Assembly: GCA_051866635.1 (NCBI GenBank)
Contig: JBJDXJ010000016.1
Span: forward strand, 1-62,744
DNA length: 62,744 nucleotides
Source of the DNA: Clostridia bacterium
GTDB taxonomy: Bacteria > Bacillota > Clostridia > UMGS1883
Direction: 5' to 3'
The number at the start of each line of letters is the position of its first letter. The stretch's first letter is position 1. The notes beneath the pieces are model-generated. The model was not told the DNA's origin. It searched no databases and worked only from the letters and a program-made list of their open reading frames with translations. The translations under genes and the position numbers were made by a program. This document shows positions 10,341 through 20,051 of the stretch, piece after piece.

Positions 10341-10343
10341 TTT

Positions 10344-11090
10344 TTATTTCCTCTCTTGTTTATATTTCCATCCTGTAAACATAACTTTCAATGCGAAAAT
10401 GGGCAGTGCTGTCATACGCATAAACCTCCATGGTTCCTTTTTCAGCCTGTAAAACCATTCTAAGCCGTGCTTACAGTAAAATTCAGGTGCTCTCTCAACA
10501 GTACCCGAAAATACATCTAAACATCCTCCCGCACCTATCATAGCCTTTACTTCAAGCTCGTCCTTATGTTCATAAATCCAGTTTTCCTGTTTTGGGAAGC
10601 CTAAACACACAAGAAGCAAATCAGGCTTTTTGGTGTTTATATCTGAAATCACTTCTCTATCATCTTTAAAATAGCCGTCATGTGTACCTGCAATCAAAAG
10701 TCCCGGATATTCTTTTGCCAAATTCTCTCCTGCTTTTTCACTAACACCGGGCTTTGAACCTAAAAGATACACGCTTAAGCCTTTTTGTGCCATAAGGGGA
10801 AAAATTTCTTTCAGCAAATCAAACCCTGCCACTCTCTCAGGAAGTGGATTATTGAGTATTTTAGCCCCGTATACAACGCCAATACCGTCAGCTATAAGTA
10901 AATCAGCACTGTTTAGTTTAGGCATAAAATCAGGATTTTTGGAAGCATACAAAATAATTTCGGAATTGGGTGTGTAAATAACCTTTTTACCCTCCGAGTC
11001 AAAGAAGCTCATGGCAATTTCTTTTGCCTCGGCCATTGTTATCTTAAAAACATTTGCACCCAATATGTTGACTTTTTTTATATTTTTCAC
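10344..11090 (-). CDS. WecB/TagA/CpsF family glycosyltransferase (GT26)
   Basis: TPN, ADGIGV, ERVAGFDL, LGFPKQE, LEWFYRL motifs; GTG start with GGAGG RBS. Confidence 0.92.
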   Translation of the reverse strand: MKNIKKVNILGANVFKITMAEAKEIAMSFFDSEGKKVIYTPNSEIILYASKNPDFMPKLNSADLLIADGIGVVYGAKILNNPLPERVAGFDLLKEIFPLMAQKGLSVYLLGSKPGVSEKAGENLAKEYPGLLIAGTHDGYFKDDREVISDINTKKPDLLLVCLGFPKQENWIYEHKDELEVKAMIGAGGCLDVFSGTVERAPEFYCKHGLEWFYRLKKEPWRFMRMTALPIFALKVMFTGWKYKQERK

Positions 11091-11261
11091 GTTAATTCCT
11101 CCATAGACTATATCGGTTTAATAATATCACTTTTTGTAGCATTTATCAACACAAAGTTGAAATTTATTCTTTCATAATAAATATATCCGAATTTACTAAA
11201 AATTGTGGACAAACTGCCTATTTTGTGGTAATATATCTTTATCTAACTATGCAAAAAAGGA

Positions 11262-13892
11262 ATGATAAGGTTGAAAAACATAGAAAAAACATATGAGCCT
11301 AAAAATGTTGAATCACGCCTTTACAAAAAATGGTGCGATAACGGCTATTTTCATGCTGAAGTAGACAGCAAAAAGGAACCCTATACAATAGTCATCCCTC
11401 CGCCAAACGTAACAGGTCAGCTTCACATGGGTCACGCACTTGACGAAACACTTCAGGATATTCTTATCCGTTTTAAGAGGATGCAAGGCTACAATGCACT
11501 CTGGATTCCCGGTACTGACCATGCAGGTATTGCTACACAGATTAAAGTTGAAGAAGCTCTCCGCAAGGAAGGTCTCACCCGTTATGACTTAGGCAGAGAA
11601 AAGTTCCTTGAAAGAGTATGGGACTGGAAAAATCAGTACGGTGACAGAATTATTACTCAGCTTAAAACTCTCGGTTCCTCCTGTGATTGGGACAGGGAAA
11701 GATTTACTATGGATGAAGGCTGTAGTAAGGCCGTACGTGAAGTTTTTGTAAACCTTTACGATAAGGGTCTTATTTACCGCGGCAACAGGATTATAAACTG
11801 GTGCCCCAAATGTACAACAGCACTTTCAGATGCGGAAGTTGAATACACAGAACAGGACGGCAATTTCTGGCATATTAAGTACCCTGTTGAGGACGAGGAA
11901 GGCAGATTTATCACAATTGCCACAACAAGACCCGAAACAATGCTTGGCGATACTGCCATTGCAGTTAACCCCGAAGATGAACGCTATAAGGATATCATAG
12001 GCAAAAACGTAATTATTCCCCTGGTTAACCGTGCCATCCCAATTGTTGGTGATGAACATGCCGACAAGGATTTCGGTACAGGTGCAGTTAAGATTACTCC
12101 TGCTCACGACCCCAATGACTTTGAAGTAGGTCAGCGTCATAACCTTCCCATTATCAAAGTTATGAATGATGATGCCACAATTAATAAATTAGGCGGTAAG
12201 TATGAGGGGCTGGACCGCTACGAAGCCAGAAAAGCTATTGTTAAAGACTTAGAGGAAGGCGGCTATTTGGTAAAAATCGAACCCCATGCACATAATGTCG
12301 GTTGCTGTTACCGTTGTGGTACAACAGTTGAGCCTTTAACAAGTGACCAGTGGTTTGTTAAGATGGAACCCCTTGCAAAGGAAGCAATCAGGGTTGTTAA
12401 AGAAGGCGAAGTTAAATTCGTTCCCGACAGATTTAGTAAGACATACCTTAACTGGATGGAAAACGTTCACGACTGGTGTATCTCCCGTCAGTTATGGTGG
12501 GGACACAGAATTCCTGCTTTTTACTGTCAGAAATGTGGTGAAATGACAGTTTCCAAGGAAGATATTGCTACGTGTCCTAAGTGCGGCGGCGATGTAAAGC
12601 AAGAAAACGATGTACTTGATACATGGTTCTCCTCTGCACTTTGGCCCTTCTCAACATTGGGCTGGCCCGAAAAAACACCTGAACTTGAATACTTCTACCC
12701 CACCGCAACACTTGTTACAGGATATGACATTATCTTCTTCTGGGTTGCAAGAATGATTTTCTCCGGCATGGAGCATATGAAAGAAATCCCATTTAAACAC
12801 GTATTTATCCACGGTCTTGTACGTGACAGCCAGGGCAGAAAGATGAGTAAATCTCTCGGTAACGGTGTTGACCCCCTGGAGGTTATTGACCAATATGGTG
12901 CCGATGCACTCCGATTTACTCTTGCTACAGGCAATGCACCCGGTAATGACATGCGTTACTACCCCGAAAGAGTTGAAGCAAGCCGTAACTTTGCAAATAA
13001 AATTTGGAATGCGGCAAGATTTGTTCTTATGAACATTAACATTGAAGAAATCTCCCTTCCCGCCGAACCAAAGATGGAAGATAAGTGGATTTTGTCCCAG
13101 CTTAACAGCACAGTCAAGGAAGTTACAGATAACCTTGAAAAGTTTGAATTAGGTATCGCCCTTCAGAAGCTTTACGACTTTGTATGGGACGAATTCTGTG
13201 ACTGGTATATCGAACTTGTAAAGCCCCGTCTTTACGGAACAGATGAACAAAGTAAGAAGAACGCAGAACAGACACTTTGCTATGTTCTTAGTAACTTCTT
13301 AAAACTTCTTCATCCCTTTATGCCCTTTGTAACAGAAGAAATCTACTGCTCGCTCCCCGTAAGTGATGAAACAATTGTAACTTCCTCCTGGCCTAAGTTC
13401 GACAAGGCTTTGAATTACGAAAAAGAAGAAGCAGAAATGACAGCTGTTTGCGAAGCCATCAAAGCAATTCGTAACCTTAGAACAAATATGAACGTACCCC
13501 CCTCAAGAAAGGCGGCTATGTACATTGTTACAAAGAACCCCGCACTTTATCAGGCAGGCAGTGTCTTCTTTGAAAAACTTGCAGGTGCATCAAGTGTTAC
13601 TGTTACTGAAAATGACTCTATTGTTCCCGAGGGATGTGTAAATGCCGTTGCACCCGGTGCGACAATCTTCATGCCGACAGGTGAACTTGTTGACACCGAA
13701 AAGGAACGTGAAAGACTTACTAAAGAAAAGACAAAACTTGAAAGCGAAATTGCCCGTGTTGAAAAAATGCTTTCAAACGAAGGCTTTGTATCACGTGCTC
13801 CCCAAAAGCTTATTGACGAAGAAAAGGCAAAAGGCGTTAAGTACCGTGAAATGTATGAAGCTGTTCTCGAATCACTTTCAAAATTGAACTAA
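11262..13892 (+). CDS. valS: Valine--tRNA ligase
   Basis: [13 protein letters not shown] (HIGH motif), [18 protein letters not shown]-terminal coiled coil. Start may instead be TTG at 11271. Confidence 0.98.
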   Translation: MIRLKNIEKTYEPKNVESRLYKKWCDNGYFHAEVDSKKEPYTIVIPPPNVTGQLHMGHALDETLQDILIRFKRMQGYNALWIPGTDHAGIATQIKVEEALRKEGLTRYDLGREKFLERVWDWKNQYGDRIITQLKTLGSSCDWDRERFTMDEGCSKAVREVFVNLYDKGLIYRGNRIINWCPKCTTALSDAEVEYTEQDGNFWHIKYPVEDEEGRFITIATTRPETMLGDTAIAVNPEDERYKDIIGKNVIIPLVNRAIPIVGDEHADKDFGTGAVKITPAHDPNDFEVGQRHNLPIIKVMNDDATINKLGGKYEGLDRYEARKAIVKDLEEGGYLVKIEPHAHNVGCCYRCGTTVEPLTSDQWFVKMEPLAKEAIRVVKEGEVKFVPDRFSKTYLNWMENVHDWCISRQLWWGHRIPAFYCQKCGEMTVSKEDIATCPKCGGDVKQENDVLDTWFSSALWPFSTLGWPEKTPELEYFYPTATLVTGYDIIFFWVARMIFSGMEHMKEIPFKHVFIHGLVRDSQGRKMSKSLGNGVDPLEVIDQYGADALRFTLATGNAPGNDMRYYPERVEASRNFANKIWNAARFVLMNINIEEISLPAEPKMEDKWILSQLNSTVKEVTDNLEKFELGIALQKLYDFVWDEFCDWYIELVKPRLYGTDEQSKKNAEQTLCYVLSNFLKLLHPFMPFVTEEIYCSLPVSDETIVTSSWPKFDKALNYEKEEAEMTAVCEAIKAIRNLRTNMNVPPSRKAAMYIVTKNPALYQAGSVFFEKLAGASSVTVTENDSIVPEGCVNAVAPGATIFMPTGELVDTEKERERLTKEKTKLESEIARVEKMLSNEGFVSRAPQKLIDEEKAKGVKYREMYEAVLESLSKLN

Positions 13893-13896
13893 AAAA

Positions 13897-14054
13897 GGGC
13901 TGTAAAAAAAGTGGCTCTGAGATAACAAAAAGACCATTTCGGGACTGTCCCAACAAAACCTCGCAAGGTTTCTTTGGCAAATTGTCTTCCAATTTGCCAT
14001 AAGGGGGACTGTCCCAAATGGTCTTACTTATTTCTTTATAGACTTTTACAGCCT
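13897..14054. repeat. ~160 bp structured dispersed repeat (MITE/REP-like), copy 2
   Basis: About a dozen differences from 2526-2686 by manual alignment. Flanked by A and T tracts, so it may serve as a bidirectional terminator. Confidence 0.9.
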
Positions 14055-14060
14055 CTTTTT

Positions 14061-15668
14061 TTATTCTGCTGTATAACCCATATTAGGTCTGTTAAACCAG
14101 AACTCATATCCAGGAACTTCCATGGTTTCGCCTGTTTCATAATCAATAAAATACACTGTCATGCTTTCAAGCTCGCATTTAAGCACATTTTTAAGAATAT
14201 TTACATTCACGCAGAGAACATCCACTTCTTCTGTAGCATATATTCCTTCATAAGTTTCCGTCTCTTTATTATCCTTGTTATAGATAAAAGCCACACCGTC
14301 GTTAAACGTTACACCATCAATAGTATAGGAATTATCATTTGTGGTTCCTTCTACAGTTACAGGCTCCATATAATCGTTGGAAATTATCATTTGAATAACT
14401 TCCTTACCGTCCTCTTTTGTAACTGTGTTGTACTGAATTTTAAGGTTGTCGCTGTCATATTCGGCACTTTCGAGAAAGTCCTCAACAGATACATACATAT
14501 CGCCTTTAACTACGCCACCTGCATAGTTATAAAATTCTTCCCACTGATAATCTTCGTAATCGTAGTCATAGTCATCATTAAAGTAATTATAAATCACTTC
14601 TGCAAGACTTACACTGTTTTCTTCTGTAAGTACAGGCATTGTAACTGTGACATTTTCATTGAACTTATTGTAAATTGACTTAGCACAGAATGTTACATCA
14701 ACATTTGCCTTATCCTTTGTTATAGGATACAAATCGGCTTCTGTTAATCCCAAAGTTTCACAAAGCTCAACTATATTAAAGTCAAGGTGGATTTTTTCTT
14801 CTATTTCCTTAGGTTTACCCAATACGTCTGTAGTGTATGCCACCACCACTGCATCTTTATCGGCAAAAATACCGAGACCCTTTATCATGGGTTTTAACAT
14901 AGCAAATTGGCTGTTGTCAATTGCAATGCCTGAAGTTTCAAAGGCTTGTTTCAATTCATCAAGATTAATCATACCTTCAATAAAGTCAAATATGAACTCA
15001 ACAAAGCCGTCATTTGTAAATGACATTGTAATTGTTCTGTCTTTCTCGATGATTGTGGCATTTTCTGTATAAGCAGACTTTACAAGATTTGTCATATCAG
15101 TCACGCTCTTATTTGCGTCAACCTGATTACTTGCATCTATCATGCTCTTTTTTAATTCCTTAACTGTTTCTTCACCAAAAACGGCTTCTTCAAACATATC
15201 AAGATAAAGATATTTTCCGTTCAAAGGATTTTTGAAAACGATTAAGTATTTTGCATTTTCTTCGCTTGTCAAATCCAAATCCATCCATAAATATGCAGTC
15301 AAATCCGTTGCAGTCTTAATATCCTCGCTTACATTTACGGGAACATTAAAATTAATCTTCATTTCACAGCTTGCCTTCTTGTAGTTTTCAGGATTTGTTT
15401 TTGCTTTAATATCAACTGTTACCTTACCCTTAAGTATTGATTCAATCAAATACTTCACGTCAATCTTATTAAGGTCATCATCACTAAACAGTTCCTCTGT
15501 AATATAATTCAATATGTCCAAAGGCTTGTTTAATTCCATCCGGTATTCCACAGTTGCGTCATATTCATTTGCAACCTGAAAGAAAATATCGGCTCCTGCA
15601 CCGTAGGCTGTAGTAGCAACGCTTAAAAGCATTGCGATTGTGCAAATAATTGCAGTTAATTTTTTCAT
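14061..15668 (-). CDS. Secreted hypothetical protein (C-terminus loosely resembles a copper amine oxidase N-terminal/stalk domain)
   Basis: 535 aa ORF, AGGAG RBS, Sec signal peptide MKKLTAIIC...TAYG, own promoter. Domain call is tentative. Confidence 0.7.
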   Translation of the reverse strand: MKKLTAIICTIAMLLSVATTAYGAGADIFFQVANEYDATVEYRMELNKPLDILNYITEELFSDDDLNKIDVKYLIESILKGKVTVDIKAKTNPENYKKASCEMKINFNVPVNVSEDIKTATDLTAYLWMDLDLTSEENAKYLIVFKNPLNGKYLYLDMFEEAVFGEETVKELKKSMIDASNQVDANKSVTDMTNLVKSAYTENATIIEKDRTITMSFTNDGFVEFIFDFIEGMINLDELKQAFETSGIAIDNSQFAMLKPMIKGLGIFADKDAVVVAYTTDVLGKPKEIEEKIHLDFNIVELCETLGLTEADLYPITKDKANVDVTFCAKSIYNKFNENVTVTMPVLTEENSVSLAEVIYNYFNDDYDYDYEDYQWEEFYNYAGGVVKGDMYVSVEDFLESAEYDSDNLKIQYNTVTKEDGKEVIQMIISNDYMEPVTVEGTTNDNSYTIDGVTFNDGVAFIYNKDNKETETYEGIYATEEVDVLCVNVNILKNVLKCELESMTVYFIDYETGETMEVPGYEFWFNRPNMGYTAE

Positions 15669-15690
15669 GCTTTACCACTCCTTTTACATC

Positions 15691-15718
15691 ATTATATCAT
15701 ACTTAAAATTTCTGTCAA
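15691..15718 (-). promoter_or_regulatory. sigma-A type promoter for the 535 aa protein
   Basis: TTGACA-16 bp-TATAAT with extended -10 TG on the minus strand. Confidence 0.7.
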
Positions 15719-15727
15719 TACAAATTT

Positions 15728-15760
15728 AAAAAGTGGTATCCTTAATGAATACCACTTTTT
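15728..15760 (-). terminator. Intrinsic terminator after cpsB
   Basis: AAAAAGTGGTAT / ATACCACTTTTT inverted repeat overlapping the stop codon. Confidence 0.7.
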
Positions 15761-16452
15761 AGTACTGTTTTCGCATTTTCATAAAAAAGTTTATCTGTTA
15801 AATCGCCATACTTTTTCAACGCTTTGTTGTATGCTTCGCCCATATTACTTTTTCTGTGCTTTGTATTATGCATATCACTTGAAATAATATATCTATGCCC
15901 CTGTGCCATCAAATTTTTCAAAAGCTTTCTGTCGGAAAAATTTAAAAAACGTGAAGCGTTTATCTGGTATTTTACATCAAGGCCATTAAATTCTGACATC
16001 ATTTCTTTCCAATGGGCATAGCGGTCCACATGAGCAACAAGAATTTTTATCCCTTTCCTGTTCATTTCGTAAATCCACTCCGGCCAACGTGAGTTAAATT
16101 TGTCAGTGGGAAACTCCAACAACAGATAATCAGTTCCCGCATAGCATACCCGTTCAAGACCTTCATAAACGTTCAGGTCATTGTCAAGATAAACTTCACC
16201 GCCTAATATTATTTCAGGATAACTGCAATCAGTCTTTTTCATTTCATCAGTTAACACACGAAATGCATTATCACGCTCTGACAAAAACTTTTCCAAATCT
16301 TCCTGTTTATGTATAATACAATGGGGCGTAGCCGCACATATCAGAACACCCTGTTCAAAGCTGTCTGACAGCATTTTAAGGCTTTCGGGAACATTTTTTG
16401 CCCCATCATCCACATTTGGCAGGAAATGCGAATGCATATCAATCATTTTCAT
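15742..16452 (-). CDS. cpsB: CpsB/CapC PHP-family protein-tyrosine phosphatase
   Basis: DMHSHFLPNVDDG, ATPH, AHVDRY, SSDMH motifs; in an operon with a BY-kinase. Confidence 0.9.
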   Translation of the reverse strand: MKMIDMHSHFLPNVDDGAKNVPESLKMLSDSFEQGVLICAATPHCIIHKQEDLEKFLSERDNAFRVLTDEMKKTDCSYPEIILGGEVYLDNDLNVYEGLERVCYAGTDYLLLEFPTDKFNSRWPEWIYEMNRKGIKILVAHVDRYAHWKEMMSEFNGLDVKYQINASRFLNFSDRKLLKNLMAQGHRYIISSDMHNTKHRKSNMGEAYNKALKKYGDLTDKLFYENAKTVLKSGIH

Positions 16453-17246
16453 TCTTCATCATTGTCCTGGTATTTATATTCATATCTGTAATCGTACTTA
16501 TAGCCGTACTTATAGCCATACTTGCCACCCTTTTTATAATAACCGTAACCCTTCTTACTATCTTCAGTGCCAAGCATTGCAACACCTATTATTTTCTTGC
16601 CGGTATTGCCCATAACCTCCATTGTTTCATCCAACAGATCAAATGTTGTCACATCTTTACGCACAACAACAATTGATGCACTACACTGTTTCATTGCCAC
16701 TGCCGCATCAGTTACAACAGTTACAGGAGGTGTATCAACAAAAATATAATCATAACGCTGTTTTAATTCATCAATCATCTTTCCAAATTCTTCCGATTCA
16801 AGAAGTTCTGCAGGATTTGGAGGTACCTCACCTGCTGTAATACAGTCAAGATTTTCTCTTATATTTTTCTTTATTGCCTGATCTAAAGTAATAAACCCGC
16901 AAAGAACATTGGACACGCCATCCTTCTTTTCAATGTCAAGATATCTGTGAACACGGCTCTTACGAAGGTCGCAGTCAACAATCATTACACGGGCACCTGT
17001 CTGTGCAAATGTAATAGCAAGGTTTATTGCAGTAGTTGTTTTACCTTCACCGGGGATGGAGCTTGTAACTACTATTGCTCTGCCGTGGTCCTTCTTTGTC
17101 ATTGAGAACATGATATTAGTTCTCATTGCCTTATACTTTTCAACAACGGTAAAGTCGGAATCTTTATTCAAAATTTTCTCTCTGGCTACGTCTGAACTTG
17201 AGTGTACAGATTTCGGAGCCTTTTTTAAACTTAAATTCAATTTCAT
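16449..17246 (-). CDS. cpsD: CpsD/CapB BY-family tyrosine kinase
   Basis: Walker A GEGKTT, A' VDCDLR, B FVDTPP; C-terminal tyrosine cluster. Confidence 0.93.
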   Translation of the reverse strand: MKLNLSLKKAPKSVHSSSDVAREKILNKDSDFTVVEKYKAMRTNIMFSMTKKDHGRAIVVTSSIPGEGKTTTAINLAITFAQTGARVMIVDCDLRKSRVHRYLDIEKKDGVSNVLCGFITLDQAIKKNIRENLDCITAGEVPPNPAELLESEEFGKMIDELKQRYDYIFVDTPPVTVVTDAAVAMKQCSASIVVVRKDVTTFDLLDETMEVMGNTGKKIIGVAMLGTEDSKKGYGYYKKGGKYGYKYGYKYDYRYEYKYQDNDEE

Positions 17247-17259
17247 TACATTTCCCTCC

Positions 17260-17949
17260 TTACTGTGAAATTTCGCCTATGATAGACACATTGTATCGTC
17301 TTGAAACATCTTCACTCTTATGAACCTTTGTATCAAAAAGACCGATGACAACAACAATCATAAGACCCAGTGCCAATCCAACAACAAATCCCATCATAGC
17401 CTGCTTTGTTACGCCTTTACCCACAGGAGATGTGGGAGGAATAGCTTCATCAACAATTGCAATCTGTCCGTTTTTGAATATGCTGGACAATTTTTCGGGG
17501 GCATTATTGATTATACTGTCGGCTATTAAATACGCATCCTCGGGATTTTTTGCAGTAACACTTATTTGCATAAGTTCAGTATTGTTAACAGCGGAAAGGC
17601 TTAACATGCTCTTTATCTGCTTCCAGCTATATTTTCCGCCTATATCTTCGCTTATTTCAGCAAGGAAAGTTCTTGTTTTAAGGATTTCACGGTATGTAGC
17701 ACTCATGCTTTTAGCAGTATTTATATCTGCCTGGCTTATGGCCTTGTCATCTTGGTCAATACTTTCTTTCTGATTAGTTACATAAAGCATGCCTGTTGCA
17801 ACATACTGGTCATCCACAAAGAATGTAACTCTGACTAAAGATAAAACCATGAACAATACAGCCATTGCAAGAACAGGCAACTTGTACAGCCATATCTTTT
17901 TAGCAATGTCCATAAGGTCAATATAATCATTATTTTTAAAAGAATTCAT
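17260..17949 (-). CDS. cpsC: CpsC/CapA (Wzz-like) polysaccharide co-polymerase / kinase modulator
   Basis: Two TM segments flanking an extracellular loop; IVDEAIPPTSP; FDTKVHKSEDV...IIGEI tail. Confidence 0.9.
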   Translation of the reverse strand: MNSFKNNDYIDLMDIAKKIWLYKLPVLAMAVLFMVLSLVRVTFFVDDQYVATGMLYVTNQKESIDQDDKAISQADINTAKSMSATYREILKTRTFLAEISEDIGGKYSWKQIKSMLSLSAVNNTELMQISVTAKNPEDAYLIADSIINNAPEKLSSIFKNGQIAIVDEAIPPTSPVGKGVTKQAMMGFVVGLALGLMIVVVIGLFDTKVHKSEDVSRRYNVSIIGEISQ

Positions 17950-18012
17950 AATTTCCTCTCCTTTTTTATAATATAAATCTTAATTTAAAATTCTACATAA
18001 ATGCTCTTTTAT

Positions 18013-18059
18013 ATTATATAACAAACAAAATCATTTGTCAATGTTTGTTATATAACAAA
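18013..18059 (-). promoter_or_regulatory. sigma-A promoter of cpsCDB with overlapping palindromic operator
   Basis: TTGACA (18041-18036)-17 bp-TATAAT (18018-18013); perfect palindrome TTTGTTATATAACAAA at 18044-18059. Confidence 0.75.
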
Positions 18060-18164
18060 AAACGGAGCCTCCTTTTGACATATTCCCCTTAAAATAGCCT
18101 TGAAATCTTTTTGTTATTTCAAGTGTCTACTATAAGGGAAGTATATCATTTGGAAGTTCCGTTT
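18060..18164 (-). terminator. tsf terminator with an insertion in its loop
   Basis: Arms AAACGGAGCCTCC (18060-18072) and GGAAGTTCCGTTT (18152-18164), followed by a U-tract on the minus strand. Confidence 0.65.
18076..18148. mobile_element. 73 bp ends-only IS3-family-like remnant (MITE)
   Basis: TG...CA termini; imperfect ~32 bp terminal inverted repeats (TGACATATTCCCCTTAAAATAG vs TGATATACTTCCCTTATAGTAG); TTT on both flanks. Confidence 0.65.
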
Positions 18165-18180
18165 AAAAGTTGTTTTTAAA

Positions 18181-19092
18181 TTACTTCATCATGCTTGCAA
18201 CTTCATCAGCGAAGTTTTCTTCCTTCTTTTCCAAGCCTTCGCCCTTTTCCAAACGAACATAGGAAACGATTTCGATGCTTGTACCAAGGTTCTTAGCAAC
18301 TTCTTCTGTGTAAGTCTTAATTGTAAGGTCAGGATTCTTTACATATTCCTGTTCTACAAGACAGTTTTCCTTGTAGTACTTGTTGATTCTGCCTGCAACC
18401 ATCTTTTCAGCGATAGCTGCGGGCTTACCTTCGTTGATAGCCTGAGCTGTAAGGATTTCCTTTTCCTTTTCAACAACTTCAGCAGGAACGGAAGCACGGT
18501 CAAGGTAGGAAGGATTGATAGCGGCAATCTGCATAGCAACATTCTTGGCATATTCAACAAATGCATCAGAAGAAGCAAGTGCAGAATCACCAAGGTTAAA
18601 TTTAACCATAACGCCAATTCTGCCGCCGCCGTGAACGTAACCTATAAGGCTACCTTCATATCTTTCAAAACGACGAATGTTCATGTTTTCGCCGATTGTA
18701 GCAATCTTTTCCTTAAGTGCAGCATCTACGCTCTTACCATCTTCAATTTCCATAGCAAGAAGACCTTCAACGTCTGCGGGAGCCTTTTCGATAATAACTT
18801 TAGCAACAGCATCAACGAAATTGCGGAATTCTTCATTCTTTGCAACGAAGTCTGTTTCAGCATTTACTTCAAGAACGCAACCCTTGTCACCTTCAATAGT
18901 AACATTTACGATACCTTCGGAAGCAATTCTGCCAGCCTTCTTTGCAGCTGTAGCAAGGCCCTTTTCTCTGAGAAATTCAATAGCCTTTTCCATATTTCCG
19001 TCTGTTGCAGCAAGAGCCTTTTTACAGTCCATCATACCGCAACCTGTCTTTTCTCTTAAATCCTTAACAATCTGAGCAGTAATAGCAGCCAT
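18181..19092 (-). CDS. tsf: Translation elongation factor Ts
   Basis: LREKTGCGMMDCKKAL, ETDFVAKN motifs; downstream of rpsB. Confidence 0.98.
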   Translation of the reverse strand: MAAITAQIVKDLREKTGCGMMDCKKALAATDGNMEKAIEFLREKGLATAAKKAGRIASEGIVNVTIEGDKGCVLEVNAETDFVAKNEEFRNFVDAVAKVIIEKAPADVEGLLAMEIEDGKSVDAALKEKIATIGENMNIRRFERYEGSLIGYVHGGGRIGVMVKFNLGDSALASSDAFVEYAKNVAMQIAAINPSYLDRASVPAEVVEKEKEILTAQAINEGKPAAIAEKMVAGRINKYYKENCLVEQEYVKNPDLTIKTYTEEVAKNLGTSIEIVSYVRLEKGEGLEKKEENFADEVASMMK

Positions 19093-19109
19093 TGTAATTT
19101 CCTCCTATA

Positions 19110-19847
19110 TTATTCAATAGTAATATCAATTTCTTCTGCTGTTTCTTCAGCAGCTGCACCCATCTTGCCTTCTCTGCCTTCAACAACAGCGTTAGCAATT
19201 GTGCTTGTAACAAGTTTAACGGCACGGATAGCATCGTCGTTACCGGGAATTACATAATCAACTTCTTCGGGGTCACAGTTTGTGTCAACGATAGCAACAA
19301 CAGGAATACCAAGCTTCTTAGCTTCGCTTATAGCAATCTTTTCCTTTCTGGGGTCAACAACGAACATAGCGGCAGGAGTCTTTCTGAGATTCTTGATACC
19401 GCCAAGGTACTTTTCAAGCTTTTCCATTTCGCCCAAAAGGATGCTTACTTCTTTCTTGGGAAGAAGGTCAAATGTGCCGTCTTCTTCCATCTTGTGAAGC
19501 TGTTCAAGACGGTCAATTCTTCTCTTGATTGTCTTGAAGTTTGTAAGCATACCACCAAGCCAACGAGCGTCAACATAGTGCATACCAACACGGACAGCTT
19601 CTTCCTTGATTGTTTCCTGAGCCTGCTTCTTTGTGCCGACAAAAAGGATTTCGCCGCCGTCCTGTGCTACAGAACGAACAAAGTCATAAGCTTCTTCAAT
19701 CTTCTTAACTGTCTTCTGAAGGTCAATGATGTAGATACCGTTTCTTTCTGTGAAAATGTATTCTGCCATCTTGGGGTTCCATCTTCTTGTCTGGTGACCG
19801 AAATGTACACCGGCTTCAAGAAGCTGCTTCATAGAAATAACTGACAT
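19110..19847 (-). CDS. rpsB: 30S ribosomal protein S2
   Basis: [22 protein letters not shown]; [11 protein letters not shown]. Confidence 0.99.
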   Translation of the reverse strand: MSVISMKQLLEAGVHFGHQTRRWNPKMAEYIFTERNGIYIIDLQKTVKKIEEAYDFVRSVAQDGGEILFVGTKKQAQETIKEEAVRVGMHYVDARWLGGMLTNFKTIKRRIDRLEQLHKMEEDGTFDLLPKKEVSILLGEMEKLEKYLGGIKNLRKTPAAMFVVDPRKEKIAISEAKKLGIPVVAIVDTNCDPEEVDYVIPGNDDAIRAVKLVTSTIANAVVEGREGKMGAAAEETAEEIDITIE

Positions 19848-19990
19848 GTTTAAACACCTCTCTTTTTTTAGTTTTTTTACTTTCCCACCATGTCAAAATG
19901 AGAAAGCAGCCTCCACTCTCCTCAATGTACTCGCCAACCTTGATTATTCAAGGCACCGGGCGTTACTCAGAGAATGTGTGAATTTTTCAT
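19848..19990 (-). promoter_or_regulatory. rpsB 5' leader (S2 autoregulatory element)
   Basis: Long leader containing CACACA (19980-19975), GGTGCC (19957-19952) with adjacent hairpin, and GTGGAGG (19916-19910), in the order known for rpsB leaders. Confidence 0.65.
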
Positions 19991-19998
19991 GCCTTGGT

Positions 19999-20027
19999 AG
20001 TATATCATAACATGAATTAAAATGCAA
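19999..20027 (-). promoter_or_regulatory. sigma-A promoter of rpsB-tsf
   Basis: TTGCAT-17 bp-TATACT with extended -10 TG. Confidence 0.7.
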
Positions 20028-20051
20028 TAGTTTTTTGCAAAAATTTTATTT

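Noticed and set aside
11203-11212. DnaA-box-like TTGTGGACAA near valS
   Set aside because: A single mismatched box with no cluster and no origin-associated genes.
11091-11261. T-box riboswitch upstream of valS
   Set aside because: The AT-rich 170 bp region is shared with a divergent gene, and I see no T-box consensus (GGTGGnACCGCG) or terminator.
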